Shown here in pieces: positions 19,032 to 30,909 of a DNA stretch of 64,000 nucleotides. The notes beneath the pieces are model-generated. The model searched no databases. It had not been told where the DNA came from and worked only from the letters and a program-made list of their open reading frames with translations. The stretch spans positions 17,778-81,777 of the forward strand of contig JBAXQE010000010.1 in the NCBI GenBank assembly GCA_037131895.1. The letters are read 5' to 3'. The stretch comes from Chitinophagia bacterium. Its GTDB lineage: Bacteria > Bacteroidota > Bacteroidia > Chitinophagales > Chitinophagaceae. Position 1 is the stretch's first letter. Each line of letters opens with the position of its first letter. The translations under genes were made by a program, and so were the position numbers.

Positions 19032-19210
19032 TTTTATTACTCCGTATAATCACTGAATTTTGTTGGGCTGTTAAGTAATAAATAATTGATATTCAACTTT
19101 CTACATATTTTTATGCGTCTCAATAGTATAAAATTGACTGGTTTATATACACCTACTCTACTTATTTTGGTGATGTGTTTTTCATTTATAAACCCATCAA
19201 TCAACCACTC

Positions 19211-19684
19211 ATGAAAATGAATTTCTCCGCCGGTAAATGGTGTTGGCTGTTTATCGGAATTGCATTCACTGCTTGCAACAAGCAGAACGATTCTCCCACT
19301 ACCCCTACAGCGCCCCAAATGGTGCAAGCACTTAAGGGGGATAGTTCGGTAAACGGACTCATCACCGCCCTTACCGCAACTGCCCTCAAAAACAGCTTTA
19401 TTGAAAAGCGAGGCGACCAGGAAACCCGCCTGGTAAAAATTTCGGTGAAGGATTTAATCAATTACCTCCACCAGATGCAAACCAATGCCTATACCGATTC
19501 AATCGGCATTCACATGGGCATCTATACCGCAGCTACTGTTCCCGAGGCTCATCCCGATTATGTGGGCAAATCAACCCTCTATTTTTCGGTATTTCCAGCA
19601 GGTAATCCGGCTACTTCGGGTATCAAAATTTTCGGTAATTCAAACGGCAACACCTTCTTAAATCACGGAACCCTATATCCTTAA
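19211..19684 (+). CDS. Hypothetical lipoprotein, first gene of the signalling cassette
   Basis: Lipobox FTA-C after a hydrophobic stretch (start ATG 19211 or 19217); stop overlaps the next start. Confidence 0.75.
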   Translation: MKMNFSAGKWCWLFIGIAFTACNKQNDSPTTPTAPQMVQALKGDSSVNGLITALTATALKNSFIEKRGDQETRLVKISVKDLINYLHQMQTNAYTDSIGIHMGIYTAATVPEAHPDYVGKSTLYFSVFPAGNPATSGIKIFGNSNGNTFLNHGTLYP

Positions 19685-20346
19685 TGCTATCTATTTTATT
19701 TCTTTTATTGTGGCAGTTACTCACCCTAACCTTAACTGGGGTGGTATACTATAAACAACGCAATTCCGGATTTTTGTTAGTAGCGGGGTTACTGCTTTTA
19801 CAAATACTGGCGAATATTTTTCAGCTGGAGGTATTTAGCAGTAACCCCTTATTTTTTCGAATTCAGTATGCCATTAATTTTCTTTCAGTTGCCGGCTACG
19901 CCTTTTTATTGCTGCTGCAGTTGAATCATCCACACTATAAGCATTTTGCAAAGGCTATACTAGTCTGTTTTACTTGTGCAGCCATTTACTTGCTTTGGAT
20001 ACCATACGATTTACTAATAACCTATATCAACTACCTATTGGTAGCCGCCTCCATTTGTATGGTGCTGCTTAGTGTTCGATACTTATACGAAACAGCCATC
20101 AATCCTCCTATGCCGCTACCACATAGTTCCTTTCCACCCTTTGTTTGGATGGCGGCAGGACTCTGCTGTTATTTCTTATCCATGTCGCTACTGCATGCCT
20201 TTTACGGTTGGCTGCACCAAATAACGCTGCCGGTATCGGGAAGCTGGATTTTTAATCAGGTAAATCAAGTACTGTTGGTGGCTTTGTATATTTTTTTCAG
20301 CGTAGCCCTTTTGATAGGCATACCCAAATCGAAATCATGTATATAA
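19684..20346 (+). CDS. Hypothetical 7-TM membrane protein (putative sensor)
   Basis: Seven hydrophobic segments; PFVWMAAGLCCY in helix 6; coupled to the flanking genes. Confidence 0.8.
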   Translation: MLSILFLLLWQLLTLTLTGVVYYKQRNSGFLLVAGLLLLQILANIFQLEVFSSNPLFFRIQYAINFLSVAGYAFLLLLQLNHPHYKHFAKAILVCFTCAAIYLLWIPYDLLITYINYLLVAASICMVLLSVRYLYETAINPPMPLPHSSFPPFVWMAAGLCCYFLSMSLLHAFYGWLHQITLPVSGSWIFNQVNQVLLVALYIFFSVALLIGIPKSKSCI

Positions 20347-20558
20347 ATCTTTTTGTAAGGAATGTCACCTCTTTCATTATTGCCGCTTCTATTTTGGTGA
20401 GGCTGGATAAGCATTTTTTTCAACCGAATACTGAAAAATTGTTGGGATGGAAAAGCAGTTACTTTCGTATGCATTTTATACAGGGCCGGGTGAATATACA
20501 AACTTATGGCACTGGAACCTGTGTACCCCTATCCGTTCCTATAAGTAAAGCCGAATGA
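20337..20558 (+). pseudogene. Internally deleted NarX-type histidine kinase remnant (N-terminal hydrophobic stub + last HATPase strands)
   Basis: C-terminus GWKSSYFRMHFIQGRVNIQTYGTGTCVPLSVP resembles the GLxNIxSRVxFLxGxxxIxSxxxGTxIxIxIP tail of HisKA_3 kinases; ATGA overlap with the response regulator; H-box and N-box absent. Confidence 0.6.
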
Positions 20559-21217
20559 ACACGAAAGTTGCTGTTGTGGATGATCACCAGTTGGTCCGTA
20601 TCGGATTGGTGCAGATGGTTCAGGCACTTCCCGGGTGGGAGGTAACGATTGAAGCCGCTAATGGCAAAGATTTTATAGATCAAACCAATTTATTATCACC
20701 CCCCGATATTGTACTGTTAGATATTCGCATGCCCATCATGGATGGCTATGAAACTGCCTTGTGGATCCGATCCCATTTACCCGAAACCCGCGTATTAGTG
20801 GTATCTATGGTTAGTCGCGAACCTGCAATAATCCGCATGTTGCGACTGGGGGTTTACGGATTTATTACCAAAGAAAGTACCCAGGCCGAATTGCACCAAG
20901 CCCTGATTCGGATACAACAAAAACAATTTCATGTAAATGAATTAGTGGGTAATCGCATATTTCATTATTTCTCCGAAAACTCCACCGAACAATTACCCGA
21001 CGAAAAAAATGATATTACCGACCGAGAATTTATTTTTTTGCGCAAATGTTGCAGCGAATTAACCTATCGCCAAATTGCAAAGGAAATGCATGTGAGTCCG
21101 CGTACCATCGATACCTATCGAGATCATTTATTCGAAAAGTTGCAGGTACGTACCCGGGTAGGACTAGTAATTTATGCCCTCCGTACTGGCCTGATAGAGG
21201 TGGATGATTTGGTGTAG
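20555..21217 (+). CDS. NarL/LuxR-family response regulator
   Basis: VVDDH, LLDIRMPIMDG (phospho-Asp), GFITK; HTH TYRQIAKEMHVSPRTIDTYR. Confidence 0.95.
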   Translation: MNTKVAVVDDHQLVRIGLVQMVQALPGWEVTIEAANGKDFIDQTNLLSPPDIVLLDIRMPIMDGYETALWIRSHLPETRVLVVSMVSREPAIIRMLRLGVYGFITKESTQAELHQALIRIQQKQFHVNELVGNRIFHYFSENSTEQLPDEKNDITDREFIFLRKCCSELTYRQIAKEMHVSPRTIDTYRDHLFEKLQVRTRVGLVIYALRTGLIEVDDLV

Positions 21218-21244
21218 TATTTGATATAACTATTAGAGTTGATT

Positions 21245-21294
21245 GTTCCTAGCTTAGTTTGCCTAGTCGCAGTATACGGAGAAAAAAATGTAAG
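21245..21294. repeat. Partial copy of the intergenic repeat
   Basis: gttcctagcttagt and cctagtcgcagtatacggagaaaaaaatgtaag match sub-units at 11149, 21951, 22060 and 55466. Confidence 0.5.
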
Positions 21295-21357
21295 GTAGAT
21301 TTAGTTAATTGCTTAGCAGCAGCCCAATTTGTAAGGAATAAATAAGCAAGCTACTTT

Positions 21358-21687
21358 TTAGACTCCCGATATAATAATGGGACCGAAAGGTAGTGGTGGA
21401 TTTTTCAAATACACTTGAACTTGTGAAGATAATTTTGTTAGTTCTGCGTATGAATTGATAGAAGCATTTAGTACAAAAACTGTAATGTTATATTTAGAAA
21501 AACTTTGCTGATAACTTAGGTTTTTGTCAAAAGTAAACAATGCATCAAATTCATTTTGAAGTAACAAATTCAGTAGTTGTCCATTTTTTATTCCATTCCA
21601 ACCTTTATCCCTGACTGTAAAAATCTCATGATCTGGAAAATCTAACTTTAAACGTTTTGGAAGATTTTCATCAAGCAAGAGTCGCAT
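21358..21687 (-). CDS. DUF5615 PIN-like toxin (VapC45-type)
   Basis: MRLLLDENLP, GWNGIKNGQLL, FDALFTFDKNL. Confidence 0.88.
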   Translation of the reverse strand: MRLLLDENLPKRLKLDFPDHEIFTVRDKGWNGIKNGQLLNLLLQNEFDALFTFDKNLSYQQSFSKYNITVFVLNASINSYAELTKLSSQVQVYLKNPPLPFGPIIISGV

Positions 21688-21910
21688 ATATTTGATCCGC
21701 TTTATGTGAAGTAAGCATTTTATGTGCTATTTCAAGAAGAGCTATTGCCTGTTCGCGGGTAACTGAAGGAAAATCCTCAAGAAATTCGTCTAGTGAAATT
21801 CCGGCCTCTAGATGGTCAAAAAGGGTGTCTACAGGAACTCGAGTACCTACAAAAACGGCTTGTCCGTTTTGTATTTCCTTGTCAACATGAATGATATCCT
21901 GAATGCGCAT
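21671..21910 (-). CDS. DUF433 antitoxin
   Basis: IHVDKEIQNGQAVFVGTRVPVDTLFDHLEAG..EFLEDFPSVTREQ; overlaps the PIN gene. Confidence 0.92.
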   Translation of the reverse strand: MRIQDIIHVDKEIQNGQAVFVGTRVPVDTLFDHLEAGISLDEFLEDFPSVTREQAIALLEIAHKMLTSHKADQIYATLA

Positions 21911-21950
21911 ATTATGAAGTTACGAAAATTCTTACTTGAAGGAAATTTTT

Positions 21951-22170
21951 GTTCCTAGCAAAGTACGCCTCCTTTTCATTGCACACCTTCGGAAATTTTT
22001 ATTCCAGACGGAGCAGTCTTTCACAGTATTCATTGGCTACACTGGGAAATTTCTAAGATGTTCCTAGCGTAGTCACCGTAACGATAGTGTAGAGACTGCG
22101 CGCTTTCGGAAGTTTTTATTCCAATCCGTGCAGTATACCTAGGCGCACTACACTGCGGAAAATTGGGGAA
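21951..22170. repeat. Two tandem units of the intergenic repeat (copies E and F)
   Basis: gttcctagc.. and gcacaccttcggaaatttttattccagacggagcagt duplicated as gttcctagcgtagt.. and gcgcgctttcggaagtttttattccaatccgtgcagtatacctaggcgcactacactgcggaa. Confidence 0.7.
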
Positions 22171-22212
22171 CCACCCTCTACTACCATTTCACTCACACAA
22201 TAATGGTAATAA

Positions 22213-22240
22213 AAAAAGGACAGCAATCGCTGTCCTTTTT
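22213..22240 (-). terminator. Intrinsic terminator of katG
   Basis: aaaaaggacagc-aatc-gctgtccttttt, about 30 bp past the katG stop. Confidence 0.8.
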
Positions 22241-22271
22241 CTTAATTATCTGAAGCCTAAAATTCAATCTA

Positions 22272-24479
<2,208 letters not shown>

Positions 24480-24806
24480 TTACTTTTTTATTTGAGATGA
24501 TGTTAAGGCAGTTAATTTTTTTCTATTTAGGGTACAAAATTAAGCTATTATCGGTAAGGAATGCAATCAAATGAATGTAGCGAATCTTTGGTAAGGGAAG
24601 AAATTGTGTAAAACTTTTAATGAATTCTATAAACAAAAGGGAAGGGTGTATGAGAGTATTTCGGAAGGTTATTCATCCTAATAAGACGTTGCTTAGAAAT
24701 ATGAGCACACAAGAAGGGCATTTAGTATAATATAATAAAAATTACCTACTTGTTTTCAAGCCAAGGGCAGATTTTTTCTAAACCTATTTTGGTTAAGCTA
24801 TTCAAT

Positions 24807-26552
24807 TTAAATGCCATCATCGGGTTCTACATAAGCAGGGTTAAATCTTTCCCAATGCTTTTCGTAAAGAGAGGTATGTAAGAACCAAATGGCAGCGAAG
24901 CTTAGCAAACAGCAAATAATTACCAACGGAAGCATATTGAAAATAAAATAATGCAAAACGCCGATGATTAGTGGTAATATCATAACCAATAGGTGAATAA
25001 TGAATGATGTGCCTCTGCCAATTGTATTTTCCGGTACAGAAAAGGGTAATTCTTTGATAACAAAGTAGGCATTTATGTAGGTCATTGCCACTAAATTTCC
25101 AATTGCCAACAATAGATTGGGGATGGCTATCCAACCAAGTAGCCAAATTCCAAACAGAGAACAAATTAAAAAGAAGGGGGCACAAAATTTAAAAAAAAGC
25201 GATTTTACGGTTCCAGTTATAATGGCACCGGGAAATTTGAGGGGTGATATGTAGAAGATCCAAGCTGCTTTATATTTTTCTGAGGATTTACTATGGGTAA
25301 GTGCACCTGCAATAAAAATCATAGACATATATATAACCATCATTAACATTGCCTTTAAATCACTTTCTGAGGCCGCCAAATCTTTGGTAGAAGCATTTTT
25401 CTTTGAATAAATCATTAAAAGGGAAAACACCACAAAATAACCTATACCCGGATAGGTTTTCAACTTAAAATCCCGGCTTCTTGCAGTAAGCAGCCAGGTA
25501 AATTCAAATCCCATTTTTTCGGCCCCTCTTCGGGTAAATTTCTCCGACAGCCATTGGTAATATTTTTTTCCAGTAGTCTTGCTTGGGTTGCTTGTAGATA
25601 CAGCCTGTTGAACCGGCACCTGATTATCCGATTCTGAGCCTGATGTAGAAATGGCAGCTAGTTTACGGTTAAATGATGGGCCAAAATATACCACCATAGC
25701 CCAGAGGGAGAGTATGGGTACTATGAATGCCATAATTGTGGCAGAGATTCGAACCAGTCCTGCGGCAGATAACCCTTGATGAAAAATTTGCCAGGCGGCG
25801 GCAAACCAATACGAAGGGATTGCCAAACTAGAAATTTGCTCAGGGACATGATACGACTTGAAAGATTCACTTGACATCAATCGCGGGATGATTTGAAAAC
25901 CCCCATAAATTATGATTCCCAGTATTATCTGAAAATAGGTAATGATGGATTTAAATTTTTGAACCGATACATATTTTAACATGAGAAGATAAAATACATT
26001 CAACAGGAATACCGTAAAGAAAACCGCAAATGGCGTGATAACCATAAAACCCAGCATACCCATTATGCCATTGGTAAAATATAGGGTAATCATGGCTGGA
26101 ATCGATATGGGAATTGCCAAATCCAAAATAAAAATAATCAGATGTAATATCCGAGAAAGCAGAAAAGTTCGGTCATTTACGGGTTTTGGTAAAATGATTT
26201 GATTATCTCTCCCATCCAGCAATACTGTTGTAAATTCTGATATAAGCATCATGGAAAGAATGATGATAAGAAACGAATAGACTATTAATATTTTAACGAG
26301 TACATCAGCTTCTATTAGTAAGGGGAAAATCAATACCAAACCTACTACCCCATATAAAAAAAGGCGTCCGATTCCTCCATATTTTGATGGCTTTCCTCCT
26401 GCTTTTTTATTTTTTCTGTTCAGATGTATGGGCCTACGATCATCCATCAGCAATTTAGCCGTGAGAATCGCTCTTAGTTGGGCAATATTTACCCCCATTC
26501 TGGTGTAATACCCTTTGGGTAATAAAAGTAATTTGAGTAGTAACTTTTTCAA
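24807..26552 (-). CDS. Large multi-TM ABC transporter permease-like protein
   Basis: About 12 hydrophobic segments; ILPKPVNDRTF motif; directly downstream of an ABC ATPase. Confidence 0.75.
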   Translation of the reverse strand: MKKLLLKLLLLPKGYYTRMGVNIAQLRAILTAKLLMDDRRPIHLNRKNKKAGGKPSKYGGIGRLFLYGVVGLVLIFPLLIEADVLVKILIVYSFLIIILSMMLISEFTTVLLDGRDNQIILPKPVNDRTFLLSRILHLIIFILDLAIPISIPAMITLYFTNGIMGMLGFMVITPFAVFFTVFLLNVFYLLMLKYVSVQKFKSIITYFQIILGIIIYGGFQIIPRLMSSESFKSYHVPEQISSLAIPSYWFAAAWQIFHQGLSAAGLVRISATIMAFIVPILSLWAMVVYFGPSFNRKLAAISTSGSESDNQVPVQQAVSTSNPSKTTGKKYYQWLSEKFTRRGAEKMGFEFTWLLTARSRDFKLKTYPGIGYFVVFSLLMIYSKKNASTKDLAASESDLKAMLMMVIYMSMIFIAGALTHSKSSEKYKAAWIFYISPLKFPGAIITGTVKSLFFKFCAPFFLICSLFGIWLLGWIAIPNLLLAIGNLVAMTYINAYFVIKELPFSVPENTIGRGTSFIIHLLVMILPLIIGVLHYFIFNMLPLVIICCLLSFAAIWFLHTSLYEKHWERFNPAYVEPDDGI

Positions 26553-26563
26553 ATGGATTTTCT

Positions 26564-27340
26564 TTAAGGGTGTATGGCCTGAATTAAGTCGGAAGCAGCA
26601 TGCCCCATGGTATCATTGGAAGTGAGCTGGGCAAATATTTTTTCTAGACTGCTATTGTTACCCGATTGTGCCTGTAACTCTTGTATCGTGCCCTGCGCAA
26701 TTACGGTTCCCTGATGGATTAATACGATAAGGTCGGAAACTTTTTCTACTACATCCATCATATGACTGCAATAAAAAATCGTTTTTCCTTCCGAAGCTAA
26801 TTTAGAAATCAGGTCTTTAATAATCAGTACGCTGTTGGCATCTAATCCACTCAGGGGCTCGTCTAAAATGATAATATCCGGGTTATGCAGGATGCCGGAA
26901 ATGATTAATACTTTCTGTTTCATACCCTTACTAAAAGTGTCCATGCGCTGATCTATCTGCCCCTCCAAACCCAATGCCTGTAACATTTTCAGAATACGTT
27001 CCTGTGCAGTTGCTTCGGGTAATTCGTAGAGTTCCGACATTAAGGTGAGAAATTCACGGGGTGTGAGTACATCATAGAGTTCCGCCAATTCGGGCACATA
27101 CCCGATTTTTCTTTTTACAGCCAGCAAATCATCCCGCAAATTGATGCCCGCTACTTCAACAGTTCCCTCATAATCATCTATCAATCCACATAAAATTTTA
27201 ACCGTAGTACTTTTTCCTGCACCGTTCGGACCAATATACCCAATTACCTGGCCGGCTTGTATGGTTAGGTTAATGCCATTCAGCACTTGTTTGGTTCCGT
27301 AAGATTTATGTACCGATTGAAGAGAGATAATAGGCTGCAT
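26564..27340 (-). CDS. ABC transporter ATP-binding protein
   Basis: GPNGAGKST (Walker A), FSKGMKQK signature, ILDEP, CSH switch. Confidence 0.97.
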   Translation of the reverse strand: MQPIISLQSVHKSYGTKQVLNGINLTIQAGQVIGYIGPNGAGKSTTVKILCGLIDDYEGTVEVAGINLRDDLLAVKRKIGYVPELAELYDVLTPREFLTLMSELYELPEATAQERILKMLQALGLEGQIDQRMDTFSKGMKQKVLIISGILHNPDIIILDEPLSGLDANSVLIIKDLISKLASEGKTIFYCSHMMDVVEKVSDLIVLIHQGTVIAQGTIQELQAQSGNNSSLEKIFAQLTSNDTMGHAASDLIQAIHP

Positions 27341-27378
27341 GATAGATGGCTTAAAATTATAGGTAAAGTTAATAGTAA

Positions 27379-30300
27379 TTATATTTTTTGATAGCTAGAT
27401 TCTATTGCTTTCAGTTGTTCTTGTAATTGTTCCAATACTTTTTTCTGTTGTGCCGTAGGGGGGTAGTCGGCACTCATTAGAAGCGCTTCTTTGGATAATC
27501 CCAGTAAGTGTTCGAAAAGTTGACTTGGATTGCGGAAACTATCCCAGCGGGCGCCGGTTTGATGTACATCTATCAGTTTTGCTTCTAGTTGATAAATGGC
27601 ATCTTCTCTTTTCAGGGAAGCGGGTGTATTGGTTTTTAGCAAAGCGGCTCTTTCTGTTTCCATTTTTTCTATCAAGCCATGTGTGCGCCGAATCGCTGAA
27701 AAAAGGGTTTGTCCCCAAGTATATTGCGCTTGAATTTCTACTGCAGTAGCTTTTGATTCGGGATCTTTTAGCAATACAATGGGCTGTTGCAGCCGAAGAT
27801 TATCTGCTTGCAAAACCAACTGATATTTTCCGGGCGGTAGGCGAAGTCCTTCTAAACCCGGTGCCATATCTAAATCATTGATATAGGGTAGCCGGGTGCC
27901 TTTTTCATCCAGCTTTACAAAGGGATTATCTCGTGGAATGGTTTTAAATACCGGCGCTTTTACAGATTCATGGGATAACGAAAACCATACCCTATTAATG
28001 CCCTTTAGATTAGTTCCTGTTAGTGTTGCAATGGTATCTGCTTTTTCATTGGTTAGATAAAGCTTAGGTGCTTTAGTAAGCGTATCGGGTAAAAAATATT
28101 GCGCTACTGCCTGGTCTTCGGGATTCTGTCCACCCTTTACGGCATCTCCACCATCATGGTTTTTATTCTGCTGATTAAAACGATAAGCAGTTCTGAGAGG
28201 GTATAATTGAGCAGCCGATGTTTTTTTTGATTTACTCCATTCCCGAATCGCGGTTATATCATCCAAAATATAAATGCCTCTGCCATAGGTTGCCACAATC
28301 AAATCTCTGAACTGCGGTTGAATATCGATATGGTAAACGGGTGCAGGCGGCAGATTACGTTTCAATTGAATCCATTCTTTTCCATCATTGCCACTTACAT
28401 ACAATCCATTGTCGGTACCTGCAAATAGCAGTCCCGGTTGCGCAGGATCTTCTTTTATAAAGTGTACAAACCCGCTATTCGTTCGAGGTAAGTTACCGGT
28501 AACGGATTGCCAGTTTTTACCATAGTTGGTGGTTTTAAAAATAAATGGATCATTATTTCCTTCCATTTGATAATGGATACTTACATAGGCAGTACCCTCC
28601 CCAAATTCGGAAGCACAAATATTGCTAACAGTTCCCCAGGGTGCCAGAGCAGGAATGTTTTTACTTACCAGCGTCCAGGTTTGTCCTTCATTTTGGGTAA
28701 CATAAATCTGTCCGTCATTACTGCCCGTCCATAATACCCCTTTCTTTACCGGCGACTCCGCAATGGCATATAATGTGGAGCCATCAAACGTCATCAGATT
28801 ATCATTTGCAATACCACCTGAGTTTTGTTGTCGGCTTTTGCTATTGGTGGTAAGGTCGCCACTGATCGTATTCCACTGCATACCGGCATTGCTGGTTTTA
28901 TGCACAAACTGACTGCCAACATAAACAACACCCGGCTGATGGCGGGAGAGGGTCATGGGAAAATTCCAGTGCCAGCGATAAGGAACATCCGCAGGCGCCC
29001 ATCCGTAACCGGTAACGGGCCAAACACGCACATCGTGGGATAAGCCCGTAGTTAAATCAGTAACGTCTAATCCGCCATCATAACATCCCGACCAGATAAT
29101 GTTGGGATTAAAAGGATCGGCCTGGGCAAAGCCACTCTCACAACCGCCCACAGATTTCCAACTGCCAATGGGTATACTGCCTTGGCGACTGATGGCAGCG
29201 GTGTGATAGGAATAGCCATCTTGTCGGTTACCCATGATATGATAGGGGATAGCATTGTCGGCCGACACATGGTACATCTGCGCAATGGGCAGGTTAATAT
29301 TTTTCCAGGTTTTACCTCCATTCAAACTCATGTTCATACATCCATCATGGGCCACCATAATTCGCTGCGCATTAGAAGGGTCGAACCAGATATCGTGGTT
29401 ATCGCCTCCGGGTTCAAAGGATCCGTTTCCATTAAAAGTTTTGCCACCATCTTTCGATTCCATTATGGTAACACTAATGGTGTATAATTTATTTTCATCC
29501 TGAGACGAAACCCGCACCCGGGTATAATAAGGTCCTCGTTGTGCAAGGGAATTTTTTTGCAATAATGTTTTCCAGCTTTCCCCCCCATCGATTGATTTGT
29601 ATAATGCAGGAATGGTATCTTCTGCCAATGCATATAAGGTACTAGGATTGGATGCCGCATAATCGATGGAAGTTTTTCCAATGGGGTGTTCTTTTCCACC
29701 CGGTAAGCCATTACGCATCGGTAGCCAGGTTTTACCACCATCCTGGGTTTTGTAAAATCCACTGCCTGGTCCACCACTATTTAGTAAACCGGTAGTCATG
29801 GATACCTGCCACATAGCCGCCACCAGTTGATCAGGTTGTTTTGGGTTGATGGATAAATCACTGCATCCCGTTAAATCATTTATGAATAAAATTTTATTCC
29901 AGGTTTTACCACCATCGGTAGTTTTATATACGCCTTTCTCAGATTGGGGCGCATGGGTACTTCCGAGAGCGGCAACATATACGGTGTTGGTGTCTGTGGG
30001 ATGAATGATTACTCTACTTATGCGGATGGTTTCTTTCAATCCCATATTCTGCCATGTAGTGCCACCGTCGGTTGATTTATAAACACCATTGCCATTGGGA
30101 TGTGCGGGCCGAATGATAAAGGTTTCACCAGTGCCGGCCCAAACATGACGGGGATTTGAAAGGGATACCGCTAAAGCACCAATGGCGGAATTATCCATTT
30201 CATCAAATATGGGTTTCCAGTGAAAGCCGCCATCGGTAGTTTTAAATATTCCTCCGGATGCAGCACCCACATACGATACCATCGGGTTTCCGGCTTCTCC

Positions 30301-30438
30301 GGCCACTGCAATGGCTCGGTTTCCATCGGGCCCAACAAAACGGAATTTCATCTCCTGAAAGGGATAGGGAGAACTTTTTTGTGCGCCAATTCCAGAAAAA
30401 AAGAGCAGGCAAAAAATAAAAAGTGTTATTCGCATCAC
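27379..30438 (-). CDS. Secreted sortilin/VPS10 (BNR/Asp-box) beta-propeller protein
   Basis: Repeated KTTDGG.TW / S.DGG.SW Asp-boxes; GGDNHDIWFDP; RWHWNFP; VATYGRGIYILDD. Confidence 0.9.
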   Translation of the reverse strand: MMRITLFIFCLLFFSGIGAQKSSPYPFQEMKFRFVGPDGNRAIAVAGEAGNPMVSYVGAASGGIFKTTDGGFHWKPIFDEMDNSAIGALAVSLSNPRHVWAGTGETFIIRPAHPNGNGVYKSTDGGTTWQNMGLKETIRISRVIIHPTDTNTVYVAALGSTHAPQSEKGVYKTTDGGKTWNKILFINDLTGCSDLSINPKQPDQLVAAMWQVSMTTGLLNSGGPGSGFYKTQDGGKTWLPMRNGLPGGKEHPIGKTSIDYAASNPSTLYALAEDTIPALYKSIDGGESWKTLLQKNSLAQRGPYYTRVRVSSQDENKLYTISVTIMESKDGGKTFNGNGSFEPGGDNHDIWFDPSNAQRIMVAHDGCMNMSLNGGKTWKNINLPIAQMYHVSADNAIPYHIMGNRQDGYSYHTAAISRQGSIPIGSWKSVGGCESGFAQADPFNPNIIWSGCYDGGLDVTDLTTGLSHDVRVWPVTGYGWAPADVPYRWHWNFPMTLSRHQPGVVYVGSQFVHKTSNAGMQWNTISGDLTTNSKSRQQNSGGIANDNLMTFDGSTLYAIAESPVKKGVLWTGSNDGQIYVTQNEGQTWTLVSKNIPALAPWGTVSNICASEFGEGTAYVSIHYQMEGNNDPFIFKTTNYGKNWQSVTGNLPRTNSGFVHFIKEDPAQPGLLFAGTDNGLYVSGNDGKEWIQLKRNLPPAPVYHIDIQPQFRDLIVATYGRGIYILDDITAIREWSKSKKTSAAQLYPLRTAYRFNQQNKNHDGGDAVKGGQNPEDQAVAQYFLPDTLTKAPKLYLTNEKADTIATLTGTNLKGINRVWFSLSHESVKAPVFKTIPRDNPFVKLDEKGTRLPYINDLDMAPGLEGLRLPPGKYQLVLQADNLRLQQPIVLLKDPESKATAVEIQAQYTWGQTLFSAIRRTHGLIEKMETERAALLKTNTPASLKREDAIYQLEAKLIDVHQTGARWDSFRNPSQLFEHLLGLSKEALLMSADYPPTAQQKKVLEQLQEQLKAIESSYQKI

Positions 30439-30615
30439 ATTTGATTATTTAAATATTAATAATTATGATGCAATAATATATATCTATCTATTATATTAAA
30501 TGTAAGATATATATCCATCATAAATGCTATCTAAACTAACAAATAATGCACAATAAAAAAATTTGGAATAGATTCCGCAAAAACTTAATATTGGAATGGA
30601 ATACAATCCGCTAAA

Positions 30616-30906
30616 TTGCCCAAAATTAGTTTTATGAACTCTTCTGTGGTGATCTCCGAAGACTCGCTTATACATCAGTTGCGAAGTGCGCATTCTGAGA
30701 AAGAACTTGCAAATATTTTAGAAGCAACTTACCAGAATGTTAGTACAGTTTCAGATGAAAGTGGATGGGAAAAATTATCCAAATCACTAGTTAATCAGCT
30801 TAATTCAATCAATCCACTTTACATTGATGATCCCAAAGAGTGGACCATGATTAAATTAGCAAGGGTATTCATTTACCGTATTTCTACCCATCAAATGGTG
30901 CATTGA
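30616..30906 (+). CDS. Small hypothetical helical protein
   Basis: 96-aa ORF filling an otherwise empty gap, stop 3 bp from the convergent gene; no family recognised. Confidence 0.55.
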   Translation: MPKISFMNSSVVISEDSLIHQLRSAHSEKELANILEATYQNVSTVSDESGWEKLSKSLVNQLNSINPLYIDDPKEWTMIKLARVFIYRISTHQMVH

Positions 30907-30909
30907 TTC

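Noticed and set aside
19037-19461. Minus-strand ORFs 19037..19327 and 19201..19461
   Set aside because: Overlap the lipoprotein on the opposite strand and have no recognisable features.
7800-22200. Integron cassette array (co-oriented small genes, TA systems, DUF1697, repeats between genes)
   Set aside because: The repeats lack paired RYYYAAC/GTTRRRY attC ends, most genes have their own promoters, and no intI is in the window. An IntegronFinder run would settle it.
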